Of a DNA stretch of 64,000 nucleotides, positions 1 through 9,607 are shown one piece after another. This DNA comes from Rubripirellula sp. Its GTDB lineage: Bacteria; Planctomycetota; Planctomycetia; Pirellulales; Pirellulaceae. The position numbers and the translations under genes are program-made. The notes under the pieces were generated by a model. That model saw nothing but the letters and a program-made list of their open reading frames with translations. It was not told the DNA's origin and did no database searches. The first letter of the stretch is position 1. Each line of letters opens with the position of its first letter. The stretch covers positions 6,464,001 to 6,528,000 of the forward strand of contig OZ244207.1 of the NCBI GenBank assembly GCA_965216875.1. Reading direction: 5' to 3'.

Positions 1-702
1 AAGCCTTTGATGCAAGACTTTTTGACGACGTTCAAGCCGCTAACGGAACGTCCGTCTGCAGCAGCAAAGATCAGGGAAACGGCCGCGCTAGTGTTGGATC
101 GTGAGCTGCTTGGTGAAGTGCCAGCCGCAAAGTCAACCGAAGCCAATCGTTCGAAGTTCTATGAATCGCTTTTGGCCTATCGTGATTCTGCCGGACAAGC
201 GTCGTTGCAGCAGGTTCCGCCAGACGAAATCAGTGATGCGGTGCGATGGCGACTGATGCGAGATGGCAGGCAATACCCACAGATGCGCACCTCGGTTGCT
301 CATCTTATCGAAGGTTGGTCATCCGCACCCGAAGCGACGATTGATGGTGCGGAACGTTCCTTGTGGCTTGGTGATGCGGCCAAAGCGGAAAGCTCGCTAC
401 GCGCTCTGATCAAAGCGGCGCCAGCGGGACAGCGTGGTTCGATGATGCGCAAGTCAGCAACACTGTTGGCTTCGACTGAAAACAAGAAAGGAAAAGAACT
501 TGCGGTCACACTTTGGGACGAACTCGCCGCAGGCAGCGCACGCGGAAGTTCACAGTGGCATGAAGCCAAACTTGGCGCCATCGAGTTGCTGAGAACCAAC
601 GGACAGGGTGATCAAGCATCGCGACGGGCAAAGTACATCCTGTTGACTTCGCCGCCGAAAGATCAAGCGTTGCGTCGTCGCTATGAAATGGCAAGCCAAT
701 AG
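1..702 (+). CDS. C-terminal part of a helical-repeat (TPR-like) hypothetical protein; begins before the window
   Basis: Frame is open from base 1; Ala/Leu-rich helical sequence; stop at 700-702. Confidence 0.6.
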   Translation, partial: KPLMQDFLTTFKPLTERPSAAAKIRETAALVLDRELLGEVPAAKSTEANRSKFYESLLAYRDSAGQASLQQVPPDEISDAVRWRLMRDGRQYPQMRTSVAHLIEGWSSAPEATIDGAERSLWLGDAAKAESSLRALIKAAPAGQRGSMMRKSATLLASTENKKGKELAVTLWDELAAGSARGSSQWHEAKLGAIELLRTNGQGDQASRRAKYILLTSPPKDQALRRRYEMASQ

Positions 703-713
703 AGTGAGTTGCT

Positions 714-1148
714 GTGCTTCGTTTCGTGATATTGAAACACACCATTGGTCCTCGTTTTGACCGGACCGACCAAACACACCTCGATTGGATGTTCGAAAGA
801 GAGGGGCACGGTGAATTGCTGCGAACGTTCGCAACGCCAGTGCTTGACCTTTGCGTGCTCGACATTGATGCCGAGGCCACCGAGCTAGCAGGACACCGTG
901 CGGCATACCTCGACTATCAGGGACCGGTGTCTGGGGACCGGGGTGAAGTGCGACGGCTGGTCAGCGGGCGATATCGCATGATCGCCAATTCCGAGGATCG
1001 CTTCGAAGTTGAATTGCATTGGCAAGAAGGCAGCGGCGTGCATTCATTGCATGTCGCGTTTTATCGCAGCTTGGGCGAAACCGATGACCGCAACGATGCT
1101 TGCGATTTGTGGCGATTGCGGTCTTTTCGGAACGAGACGAACCGATAG
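714..1148 (+). CDS. Small protein resembling the LigD N-terminal phosphoesterase domain
   Basis: RFVILKH...HLDWMFE...LRTF...HRAAYLDYQGPVSGDRGEV resembles the stand-alone LigD-N-like pattern (HxDLxLE, HRxxYLdYEG). Confidence 0.6.
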   Translation: MLRFVILKHTIGPRFDRTDQTHLDWMFEREGHGELLRTFATPVLDLCVLDIDAEATELAGHRAAYLDYQGPVSGDRGEVRRLVSGRYRMIANSEDRFEVELHWQEGSGVHSLHVAFYRSLGETDDRNDACDLWRLRSFRNETNR

Positions 1149-1855
1149 ATCGGACCCTTAGGCCGATACGAGTGTTGATCCAGCTCGCCGGTGTGCCCCG
1201 ACAGCACCAAGCTGCCATCGATCAGCTTGACCGATTCGACGGTTACCGGACTGATGGCATAGCGAGGGTGCTCACTCGGGACGGTGATCAATGCGATTGG
1301 GCCTGCTTCGGAAGCATCCCATTGGACATCGATATCACCCGTTGCCGCTTCCTTTGAAATACCGGTTTGGAATTTCTTGAGTGGCAACGGAAGCGCGCCC
1401 GCTTTGAGTTGGGTGATGTTCAAAGCCAACATGTTGGGTTGTTCGGTAAGAGCAACCTCGACTTCACAACTGATCACCGTGTCGATGCGTTTGTTCTTGT
1501 ATCGAACCGCAGCAAGAATGCGGCCGTCTTCGATCTCGACGCGAGGGTCGCTGGCGCCGTTGGCAAGAAGTTTCGGAAACTTTTGAGGCAACTCTTCCGC
1601 GAGCCAGGCGTTGATTTCATCGTCGCTGAACTCGGCTTTCCACCAACCTACTTTTGCTGCGTCTTCTTGAAGTTGTTTGACGTCGGCGAGCATGCGTTTG
1701 CTTGCTTCAGCAGTTTGCTCTGGACGTTGCTTTGTGGCTCGCTCGTAAAACTCCGGGACGTGTTTGGTTTGATTGACCAACCACCAAGATGCACCGCCAC
1801 CGATCAAAAGGAGAAAGACAGTAAGAACCGTCAGTCGCTTGATCCAACGTCGCAT
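1061..1855 (-). CDS. Membrane-anchored hypothetical protein
   Basis: 264-aa ORF with basic N-terminus and one hydrophobic helix (MRRWIKRLTVLTVFLLLIGGGASWW). Confidence 0.7.
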   Translation of the reverse strand: MRRWIKRLTVLTVFLLLIGGGASWWLVNQTKHVPEFYERATKQRPEQTAEASKRMLADVKQLQEDAAKVGWWKAEFSDDEINAWLAEELPQKFPKLLANGASDPRVEIEDGRILAAVRYKNKRIDTVISCEVEVALTEQPNMLALNITQLKAGALPLPLKKFQTGISKEAATGDIDVQWDASEAGPIALITVPSEHPRYAISPVTVESVKLIDGSLVLSGHTGELDQHSYRPKGPIYRFVSFRKDRNRHKSQASLRSSVSPKLR

Positions 1856-1897
1856 CGCGGTGACTCCGGACGAGAAGTTTGTAATCCTTTGTGTTCC

Positions 1898-4800
1898 CTA
1901 GAAACGCAAAGGACGTGGTAGCCAGCCGCGTATCCTTTCTGCAACACCCGGGGTCGGCTCAGGAGGGTCGACCGTTTCGGCTACGACAGGAGGAGGAGAG
2001 AGTTCGGCTTCGCGTAACAGCAATTGTGCCCAATGATTCTTCAAAAGTCGTGCTGAGGGAGTCAAATTCCCCCGTTCAAGTCCTTGTACAGCGAGGAAGG
2101 CTTGGCTTTGCAGGTCGCCTCGCTCCTTTGAAAGCGGGAATTCATGATGAAGGTGAACATCATCGATCCAAATTTTTCCGGCCGACATACTGTCAATGGT
2201 CAATCGCAACGATTCGACCGCCGACGGTGTGATGCCATCCACTTCCAAGACTACTTGCCTGGACTGCCACTTGCCATCGCGAGGGACCTCGATTTCTGCC
2301 GACTTTCGCAGTGGTTGGCCGTTCTGAGTCCCCTCGATGGAAACGCGAAGTTGATGTTTGCTTTCCGCATTTCGTAGTTGCCCGCGACAAGCTAGCGATA
2401 CCGCAATTCGGCCCGATGTCGGTGCCGCAAACGTTTCGCTGACGAGCCAAGTGCGGCTCGAGAATTGGGCATCTGTCGTCAAACAGACTGAACGATCACC
2501 ATCAATTGATTCTTGTTGATCCACGGTCACCGCGTCGGCCGGATGCTGGGCATGCAGCCAGCCCACCAAGCCAACGCCACCCTTCTGTTCGAAGCTTCCA
2601 TTCGATAACGCTTCGTAATCATCAAAGTTGGTCAGCATGCCGATCCGGGCAACGATGGTTGATACGCTTTGTTTGATTTCCGCTAGAGCTTCAGCACCGC
2701 CAGCAACACGCGCCGTGCAGGAGATGGCACTGGAATCGGGAAGCGGAACCTTTGATTGCAGAATGATGCACTGGCCTGGTTGCAGGGTAACCCTTGTTTG
2801 CGAACCAGAGTCGGAGATCGAAGCTGTGTTCGGACCGGCTTCGAGCATTGGTTTCCAACCCGCCGGCGACCCACAATCAATGTCGACTTCCGTTTGCCAG
2901 GGAGCGTCATTGGTGACAACGAGATAGGATCGGTCGTTGGCTGCGGTGAACTGGACGCTTGCAAAACTCAACGCAGGATCAGCCATCGGAACGGCCGTCA
3001 ACTTGCCCCGAGGCAACGCGGTAAAGGACTGCAGCAATTGACTTGCTTGTGGGTTGATTTCACGACCGACCACAGACGATCGCAGCATGAGAATGTCGGG
3101 AGCCTCTTTCCGAATGATCGCGCCAATGTGATTGCTCGAGATCCGACGCAGCGTTGGAGTTGGCGAACTGGTCGTTGCATCATCAACCAACGAGACGACC
3201 GAGATCGAATCGTTTTGATCTGCATCGAGATTGCTGAGCGAATGAGCGAATCGGATTCGTTTCGAGAGTGGACCGTCGGGTGAACGCTTGATGGCTTGGC
3301 GGAACTGGATGTTGGGAAGTCGATTCTTGACGTCAGCGATTGGGTGGCCGGTTGCCTGAACCACAAGCCGATGAGGACGCGGGACTTGTTGCGAGAACAG
3401 CGACAGTTTTGCGATGGATCGATCGGCGATCCATTGCTCAAAGGCCGGTCGGCCTTCCCCGCCAACCCAGCGACGCAGTTGTGCGATCGAAACCGATTTT
3501 GGGTTCACCTTGGACGCGAACAACGCCAAGTCGCAATCATCGATTGTCGAAACGTCTGCGGCTGAATTGCGAAGGTGGATTCCTTCAAAGCAGGTAGAGC
3601 GTGCTGCATGATTGCATACTGATTTCAGCAAGGATGCCTTAGCCTGCCAAACCATCGGATGGTAGCGGGCATAGTTGGGCGTCGCGACTAACGATGCCGA
3701 GCGTCGCAGCAACGTCTGGCTGCTTTCGGGTGTTTGTTGAAGTGCCGTTTCCAGGGCAGTCACCGGCATCGACGGGTCGACGCTCAACAGCACTCGTAGG
3801 TTCGAGTGTTCCCAAACGGCCAAGAGTAGGTCCAAGGCATCGTCGTCGATGGAGGGTTCATCACGGATCGGCGAGAACGCGTCACATCGGATCAGGCACC
3901 GACCCTTGTCGACCACCGGAATCACGAGGCTGTTGAACCCCGATGCCTGGGCGTAATCGCGGAGACGGCCTGCGGCACTCCAAAGCCGTTGCATGGCAAT
4001 CGTTTGTGGTTGGCATTCGATCACGCCACGTTGACGCGCGACATCGGACGTCAGAGCCAAATACCAATCGATATCGGTGAGTTCGATCGCGCCTAGGCGC
4101 GTTTGAAGATCGACCGCAGGTTGATCGTCGTCATTGAACTCGGAAAGGTGATCGGGTCCAGCGGTCACAATGATCGATTCGAATTTCACGGGATGATCTG
4201 CGTTGACGTTGGTCAATCGAATCTGATCATCGTTTCGTGGGTACACCACAAAGGTGTGCTCAATCCAATCGCCGAGTGTCGGCGATTCGATTGATTCATT
4301 CAGCGTGAATGAGACCTCAGGTGATTCCATTTGCGCCGACGGCGCAACGTCGATGCGAAGCTGCAGGTCGTCATCGTTGGGGTAGCGAACCGTGACCCGA
4401 TGCGGCAGTCCTGGTGTCTGCACGGGGACGGTCGCTTGAAAAGATTCGCCTGGCAGGAGTTGTGAGACAGACTCACCGGCGTGCTGGGCTGTGCCAATCT
4501 TCGGCTCGGTTGGGGCCGAACCTGGAATCAATCGGTTAGTCGACTTTGGCAACCATTTGCTGACCGACCAGGTCGCAACCTGTGAGGGACGAATCTCACC
4601 GATCGTTTCCCATGGGGTTGGCGAATTGGCTACGCCTGCGTCTGGAAGCACGACGATGGGGCGAGCGTGGTAGACCGTTGGCGGTGGGCGCCGGCGAAAA
4701 TGCGACCAAAGGTTTTCGGAAGGCTCGAGCCAACACCGTAGTTCGTAAACCCCGGGATCGTGTGGAACGGTATGTCGATGTTCGATTTTGTCACTATGCC

Positions 4801-5551
4801 CATTGGCATCTAATGTGACCGTCCAGCTTTCTTGATTCACGGTCGTGGCATGGCCGACGCGCACCAAGTTGTAGTGCAGGCTCAAGCTTTGCGTGGTTGC
4901 ACTGACCGCTGAATTGGCTTGCACCGAAAACGACAAATCGTCGCCCTTGCGAAACAGCGGCGACTGTTTTGCGAGCTCGATTCTCAATTGGTCCGTTGCG
5001 ACGCGTTGAAGCGACCACGACTCATGTGAGGCGGTATTTGATTTCTTTCCTTCGTACAGAGTCTTGGCAAGCAGCTTGTTGAGCGGGACAAACTCCTGCA
5101 TCCGTGTTGCGTTGCCATCGTCGTCCGTTTGAATGAACTCGACAGCAAGCTGCGCATCATCGGAGGCCTGGACACGAAACCGCGCCCCGCCTTCGCTCAG
5201 TTTTGCTCGGCTATTGAATTGAAAGGCCGATCGACTTTCGTCAACGCGAAAAGCGCCGGTCGTGGCAGGCGAAAGGCTCAGGTTGGCAAGGTCGCGGATC
5301 GACGCATCAAGGGCTGGTTGCCCAGCTTGGTCGACGACACTGACCGAAAAGTTGGATGCTTTGGGGGCCGGAGCGTTCCAGCGCATTCGCAATGTCAAAT
5401 CGACTTGCTCGCCCGCGCTCGCGTTGGAAAGATCGACCACGACCGCAAGCAGCAGGAACAGTAGCGAGAGCCCGTACATCGAGCGCCTCGCGTTGTTCGT
5501 GCAGCGAGTGGATGGGAACGTAACCCATGGCCGACTTGGTCGTACCGTCAT
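1898..5551 (-). CDS. Large exported protein, possibly a degenerate glycoside-hydrolase-like barrel with a C-terminal carbohydrate-binding-like module
   Basis: ORF >1200 aa; signal-like LLFLLLAVVVDLSNASA; C-terminal LSNGSFE...IWIDDV typical of CBM-like beta-sandwiches; start uncertain (5593/5551/5479). Confidence 0.55.
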   Translation of the reverse strand: MTVRPSRPWVTFPSTRCTNNARRSMYGLSLLFLLLAVVVDLSNASAGEQVDLTLRMRWNAPAPKASNFSVSVVDQAGQPALDASIRDLANLSLSPATTGAFRVDESRSAFQFNSRAKLSEGGARFRVQASDDAQLAVEFIQTDDDGNATRMQEFVPLNKLLAKTLYEGKKSNTASHESWSLQRVATDQLRIELAKQSPLFRKGDDLSFSVQANSAVSATTQSLSLHYNLVRVGHATTVNQESWTVTLDANGHSDKIEHRHTVPHDPGVYELRCWLEPSENLWSHFRRRPPPTVYHARPIVVLPDAGVANSPTPWETIGEIRPSQVATWSVSKWLPKSTNRLIPGSAPTEPKIGTAQHAGESVSQLLPGESFQATVPVQTPGLPHRVTVRYPNDDDLQLRIDVAPSAQMESPEVSFTLNESIESPTLGDWIEHTFVVYPRNDDQIRLTNVNADHPVKFESIIVTAGPDHLSEFNDDDQPAVDLQTRLGAIELTDIDWYLALTSDVARQRGVIECQPQTIAMQRLWSAAGRLRDYAQASGFNSLVIPVVDKGRCLIRCDAFSPIRDEPSIDDDALDLLLAVWEHSNLRVLLSVDPSMPVTALETALQQTPESSQTLLRRSASLVATPNYARYHPMVWQAKASLLKSVCNHAARSTCFEGIHLRNSAADVSTIDDCDLALFASKVNPKSVSIAQLRRWVGGEGRPAFEQWIADRSIAKLSLFSQQVPRPHRLVVQATGHPIADVKNRLPNIQFRQAIKRSPDGPLSKRIRFAHSLSNLDADQNDSISVVSLVDDATTSSPTPTLRRISSNHIGAIIRKEAPDILMLRSSVVGREINPQASQLLQSFTALPRGKLTAVPMADPALSFASVQFTAANDRSYLVVTNDAPWQTEVDIDCGSPAGWKPMLEAGPNTASISDSGSQTRVTLQPGQCIILQSKVPLPDSSAISCTARVAGGAEALAEIKQSVSTIVARIGMLTNFDDYEALSNGSFEQKGGVGLVGWLHAQHPADAVTVDQQESIDGDRSVCLTTDAQFSSRTWLVSETFAAPTSGRIAVSLACRGQLRNAESKHQLRVSIEGTQNGQPLRKSAEIEVPRDGKWQSRQVVLEVDGITPSAVESLRLTIDSMSAGKIWIDDVHLHHEFPLSKERGDLQSQAFLAVQGLERGNLTPSARLLKNHWAQLLLREAELSPPPVVAETVDPPEPTPGVAERIRGWLPRPLRF

Positions 5552-5775
5552 TCCATGGGAAAACAATCGGCAAAGACATCCCTGTCTGGGCATCGATCGC
5601 TTCGGTGGGTTGGGAACGGGTCAACAGAAAGGACCCTACCGCTGCCAAGCGTCTCACGTAAAGGTGAAAACAGGCGGTACGCGGAAATCCGCGACCTCGT
5701 CGGTTTCATGTCGTCGGTTTCACGACACAACGTCGAGCCGAGCCAGGAACAACCCGAGATAGGAAACGACCCGAG

Positions 5776-6600
5776 CTAAGAAACAAGTTCACCCGTCGGC
5801 CAAGGGTTTGGCCACTCGCCGAGACATCCCAAATAGGCCTGATAGGCTTCGGAGTCGTCGGCACGCTCTTCAATCCAGCGTTTCGCTTCGGCAACGAGTT
5901 CGATTTCCTGCTCGAGCGAGATCTTACCCATCACCACTTGTGTTCGCAGGAACACAAAGTAGGTATCGAGCACATCGCATCGGCAGTAGTCGCTAATCGC
6001 ATCAAATTGACCGGCGTCGTATTGTTGTTGGACTTGATCGCCGCGAATGTCCATCTTGCCTGGTTTGCCAAGCATTTGCGCAACAAGATTCAGTCCACCG
6101 TGGCACCTCGCTGCGCCGAAATTGGTCAGCGCGTCTTGCAGATCGAAGTGCATGTCAACGTTGTACCGGTTCCTGGGGCTTCGATAGCCGTCCGATTTGA
6201 ACCATCGTGGGATCGAAATGCCGTATCGAAACGCGGCCAATTCCATCAGCGGCATATCAAAGGATCGGCCATTGAAGGTGACCCATTGCGGTTGCTTGTA
6301 GGCTTCCCAACCGCGCCAGAACTTTTCGGTCATCACATGCGGTCGAAACTCGGGCTCGTCCAAAGAAACCAAGTCGATCAACCGCAAATCATCGGCAACT
6401 TTGGCAACGACCACCGCAACCGGAACTTGATAGGTGTACGGAACGAAGGTGGTTCCGTTGTTTTCCATCAACTCGTCTTGGTAGGTTGCGATCGCTTCTG
6501 TGGGGGTGTAGCCAGCACCGGGATAACGCACCTTCGAGACAAGTTCGCCGTCAGCGACACTTTCAACGTCAAAAATCAGATGCGATACTTTTTCGGCCAT
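5776..6600 (-). CDS. Stand-alone PolB-type 3'-5' exonuclease
   Basis: DEDD motifs LIFDVES, VTFNGRSFDMP, HFDL, YCRCDVLDT. Confidence 0.85.
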   Translation of the reverse strand: MAEKVSHLIFDVESVADGELVSKVRYPGAGYTPTEAIATYQDELMENNGTTFVPYTYQVPVAVVVAKVADDLRLIDLVSLDEPEFRPHVMTEKFWRGWEAYKQPQWVTFNGRSFDMPLMELAAFRYGISIPRWFKSDGYRSPRNRYNVDMHFDLQDALTNFGAARCHGGLNLVAQMLGKPGKMDIRGDQVQQQYDAGQFDAISDYCRCDVLDTYFVFLRTQVVMGKISLEQEIELVAEAKRWIEERADDSEAYQAYLGCLGEWPNPWPTGELVS

Positions 6601-6763
6601 CAATTTGCTCGCAGTCTTTACGCGGGTTGCATACCACACCCTACCACAGATACGCCCGTTTTACGTTCCCCCCGCAATGTAGCCCCCACAGGAATTGCTG
6701 GATGCAGCGGGAAATGCAGCAAACTGGCACCCTTACGAAAACGCCTCGGCAACGGACAAACAG

Positions 6764-8029
6764 ATGAATCGCCTCAGTGATGCTAGCGTCAAGATTAACC
6801 GTCAACGCCTTTTGGATCGCTTCTTGAAATACGTCCGCATCGATACGGCAGCGGACCCAGCAAGTGACCAGTACCCAAGTTCGTCGCGGCAACGAGACTT
6901 GGCCGTGGTTTTGCGCGATGAGCTTGCATCGATGTCGGCCGTCGATGTCGAGTTGGATGACAACGCGCTCGTTTGGGGAACAGTGCCAGCTACCGATGGT
7001 GGGCAAAGCCCCGCCGTTGCCTTGGTGGCTCATGTCGACACATCGCCCGAAGCACCGAGTGAGAATATTCAACCACAAGTGATCGAAAACTATTCGGGTG
7101 GCGACATCCCCTTATCAAATGGGGAAACAATCTCGGTGCAGTCTTGTCCTGCCCTAAAGGAACTGGTGGGTGCGACATTGATCACCACAGACGGATCGAC
7201 TTTGCTCGGTGGTGACGACAAAGCGGGCGTCGCCATCATCATGGAACTGGCGCAAACGTTGATCGAGAACCCGCATCTTCAGCACGGGTCCGTGCGCGTG
7301 TTGTTTACGTGCGACGAAGAGATTGGTCGAGGAACCGACAAGATCGACCTCGACAAACTGGGGGCCACGGTTGCCTACACTCTCGACGGGGGTGGCGCGG
7401 GAATGATCGACGTCGAAACCTTTTCGGCAGACGCGGCGACGGTAACGTTTACCGGCCACAACATTCACCCGGCAATCGCAAAAGACCGTATGGTCAATGC
7501 GCTGCGTGCCGCAGGGAAATTCGTTGCATCCTTGCCGCTCGAAACTGATGCTCCGGAAACGACCGATGGAAGACAGGGCTTCATTCATCCCTATACCATC
7601 ACCGGCGGCGTCGGACTGGCGAAGGTCGAATTGATTTTGCGATCGTTCGAAACCGAAGACCTTGAGAAGTACGCCAATCAAATCCGAGCGGCAGCCGATT
7701 CTGTTGTGGAAGCGGTGCCAGGGTTAAGTGTGAACGTGGATGTCCACCGTCAATATCGCAACCTACGCGAAGGGCTCGCAAAACTTCCCCAAGCGGTTGA
7801 ATTGGCCGAGCAAGCGTTCACAAATCTCGACCGCACTTGCACCAAGACGATTGTTCGCGGTGGAACGGATGGGAGTCAACTCACCGAAAAGGGGCTGCCA
7901 ACGCCAAACTTATCAAGTGGTCAACACAACATTCATAGTGTTCGCGAGTTCGCATGCCTTGATCAAATGATCGAAGCGGTCGAGCACGTGGTTGAACTGC
8001 TCGCGCTCTGGAGCAACCAACGAAGTTGA
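6764..8029 (+). CDS. pepT: Peptidase T (M20B tripeptidase)
   Basis: RFLKYVRIDT, AHVDTSP, TTDGSTLLGGDDKAG, FTCDEEIGRG, RGGTDG, HNIHSVREF. Confidence 0.95.
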   Translation: MNRLSDASVKINRQRLLDRFLKYVRIDTAADPASDQYPSSSRQRDLAVVLRDELASMSAVDVELDDNALVWGTVPATDGGQSPAVALVAHVDTSPEAPSENIQPQVIENYSGGDIPLSNGETISVQSCPALKELVGATLITTDGSTLLGGDDKAGVAIIMELAQTLIENPHLQHGSVRVLFTCDEEIGRGTDKIDLDKLGATVAYTLDGGGAGMIDVETFSADAATVTFTGHNIHPAIAKDRMVNALRAAGKFVASLPLETDAPETTDGRQGFIHPYTITGGVGLAKVELILRSFETEDLEKYANQIRAAADSVVEAVPGLSVNVDVHRQYRNLREGLAKLPQAVELAEQAFTNLDRTCTKTIVRGGTDGSQLTEKGLPTPNLSSGQHNIHSVREFACLDQMIEAVEHVVELLALWSNQRS

Positions 8030-8098
8030 CCATCTGTGGTGTTCTCTGCCGATGCATTGCGAGTTGGCGTCGCAGCGAACGCGCAAGGCCCGAAATCT

Positions 8099-8126
8099 CG
8101 TGAGCCGAACGCTCTAGCGTCGGGCC
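8099..8126 (+). repeat. REP-like repeat family C (GTGAGCCGAACGCnCTAGCGTCGGGCC)
   Basis: Near-identical copies at 28008-28036, 51197-51229 (reverse) and a partial copy at 57024-57040; all intergenic. Confidence 0.75.
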
Positions 8127-8131
8127 TTAGC

Positions 8132-8959
8132 CTATTGGTGCAATTTCAAAGTCAGTCGATGCGCTTCGGTCTCGACAATGCCCTCCACTTTTGGCGACGC
8201 GTACACGGCGGAACCTGTGTAGACCGTCAGATTGTCGGCCATCGTTGCGATGCCGTCGTTGTGAGTGTGCCCGCAGAGCACGTTGATGTTGCAATCGGGT
8301 CGGTCGTTTGCAAGCTGACGCAATACGTTTCCGAGTTCGCCGCAAACGAAAAAGGGTGCCCAGTTATCGTCAGTGGTCTTTCCCTGGTACCAACAGGCCT
8401 CGCGAAAGGGTGGCACATGCGTGATCACCAGGATTTCCGCAGCCGACTCGGGGATAGATAACAACTTCTGGGCAAGCCGCTGGGCCGCTTCTTGGCCGAG
8501 ATGGTTGAGCATCGTTTGCCACTGATCCATGGGGCTTTGCTGGAAATCTTCAATCAAGGCAAAGTCGTTCAAGCGAACAATCGAACCCTCGTAATCGCCC
8601 AGTGTCGCGTCGCCCCATCCATCGTCGCCAACCAAATGGACGCCTTCGTCAATTTCGACCGCACCGGTGTCGGTCAGGTAGATCAAGTGCGGGTTGTCAC
8701 GAGCCATGTCGATGACTTGGCGTCGCGTTTGGGCGAACGAGCTGTGATAGAAGTCGTGGTTGCCAAGCACGAAATAGATCGGTTTGCCTAACGACTCGTA
8801 AAGACGTTGGAGCTGAAAAGCAACATCTTCCCCCTCGGAGATGTCGCCGGTGATCAAGAAGGCATCTCCCTTTGCATCTCGATTGGATGTGATCCAGCGA
8901 TCCCACGCCGTCACCGCGACGTGGTTCAAATGGGGATCGGTGTTCCAAACAAGCCGCAT
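8132..8959 (-). CDS. Calcineurin-like metallophosphoesterase (Icc/CpdA-like)
   Basis: Motifs TDPHL, ITGDIS, LGNHD, ITHVPP, LCGHTH. Confidence 0.9.
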   Translation of the reverse strand: MRLVWNTDPHLNHVAVTAWDRWITSNRDAKGDAFLITGDISEGEDVAFQLQRLYESLGKPIYFVLGNHDFYHSSFAQTRRQVIDMARDNPHLIYLTDTGAVEIDEGVHLVGDDGWGDATLGDYEGSIVRLNDFALIEDFQQSPMDQWQTMLNHLGQEAAQRLAQKLLSIPESAAEILVITHVPPFREACWYQGKTTDDNWAPFFVCGELGNVLRQLANDRPDCNINVLCGHTHNDGIATMADNLTVYTGSAVYASPKVEGIVETEAHRLTLKLHQ

Positions 8960-9177
8960 AGCGTTTCGATCATCAGGCTGGAAGCGACGCGCGCGTTGTG
9001 AATCGCGGTAGCTTTCGTGGGTGGGACGGGTTGAGGACAACGAGTGTTGTCTATCCAACCTTGGGCGCGAAGTGTGGGCGAACATGTTCTGGCGCGCCAC
9101 ATTCACCCTGGCGATCCGCGAAACTTTAGAATAGCCCGCCTCTTGTTCGCTTACACAAATATCTTGGGGAAATTGAC

Positions 9178-9567
9178 ATGGACCGCGTTTGTCACTTTGA
9201 AGTGCCGTATTCGGAAAAGGAACGGATGGAAAAGTTCTACGGCGATGTTTTTGGGTGGCAGTTTCTTCCCGCCCCTGGCGGTATGCCCTACACCTTCGCC
9301 ATCACGACTGAGGTCAACGACCAGCACAAGCCAGAGAAACCAGGGGGCATCAATGGCGGAACGTACGAGCGAAACGAAGCGGGTTCCCATTCGCCCGTGT
9401 TGGTCTTGGAAGTCGATTCCTGTGAACAGCGGATCAAAGACGTCGAAGCAGCCGGCGGCTCAAACCTCATGGGGCCCGTGCCGGTGGGAGACATGGGGAT
9501 CTATGCCCAAGTGAAAGACACCGAGGACAACATCATTGGCTTGTGGCAACCGCTTGGCCCCAGTTAG
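9178..9567 (+). CDS. VOC/glyoxalase family protein
   Basis: VCHFEVP, FYGDVFGW, GGINGG, GIYAQVKDTEDNIIGLW. Confidence 0.9.
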   Translation: MDRVCHFEVPYSEKERMEKFYGDVFGWQFLPAPGGMPYTFAITTEVNDQHKPEKPGGINGGTYERNEAGSHSPVLVLEVDSCEQRIKDVEAAGGSNLMGPVPVGDMGIYAQVKDTEDNIIGLWQPLGPS

Positions 9568-9607
9568 TGCCGATAACTAGCTGACTTTGGTTAACCCATC
9601 GATGGGG

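Noticed and set aside
8036..8461. ORF 8036-8461 and similar antisense ORFs (e.g. 28122-29081, 31721-32704, 40093-41145, 41183-41773)
   Set aside because: Shadow frames of real genes or translations of repeats, with no recognisable motifs
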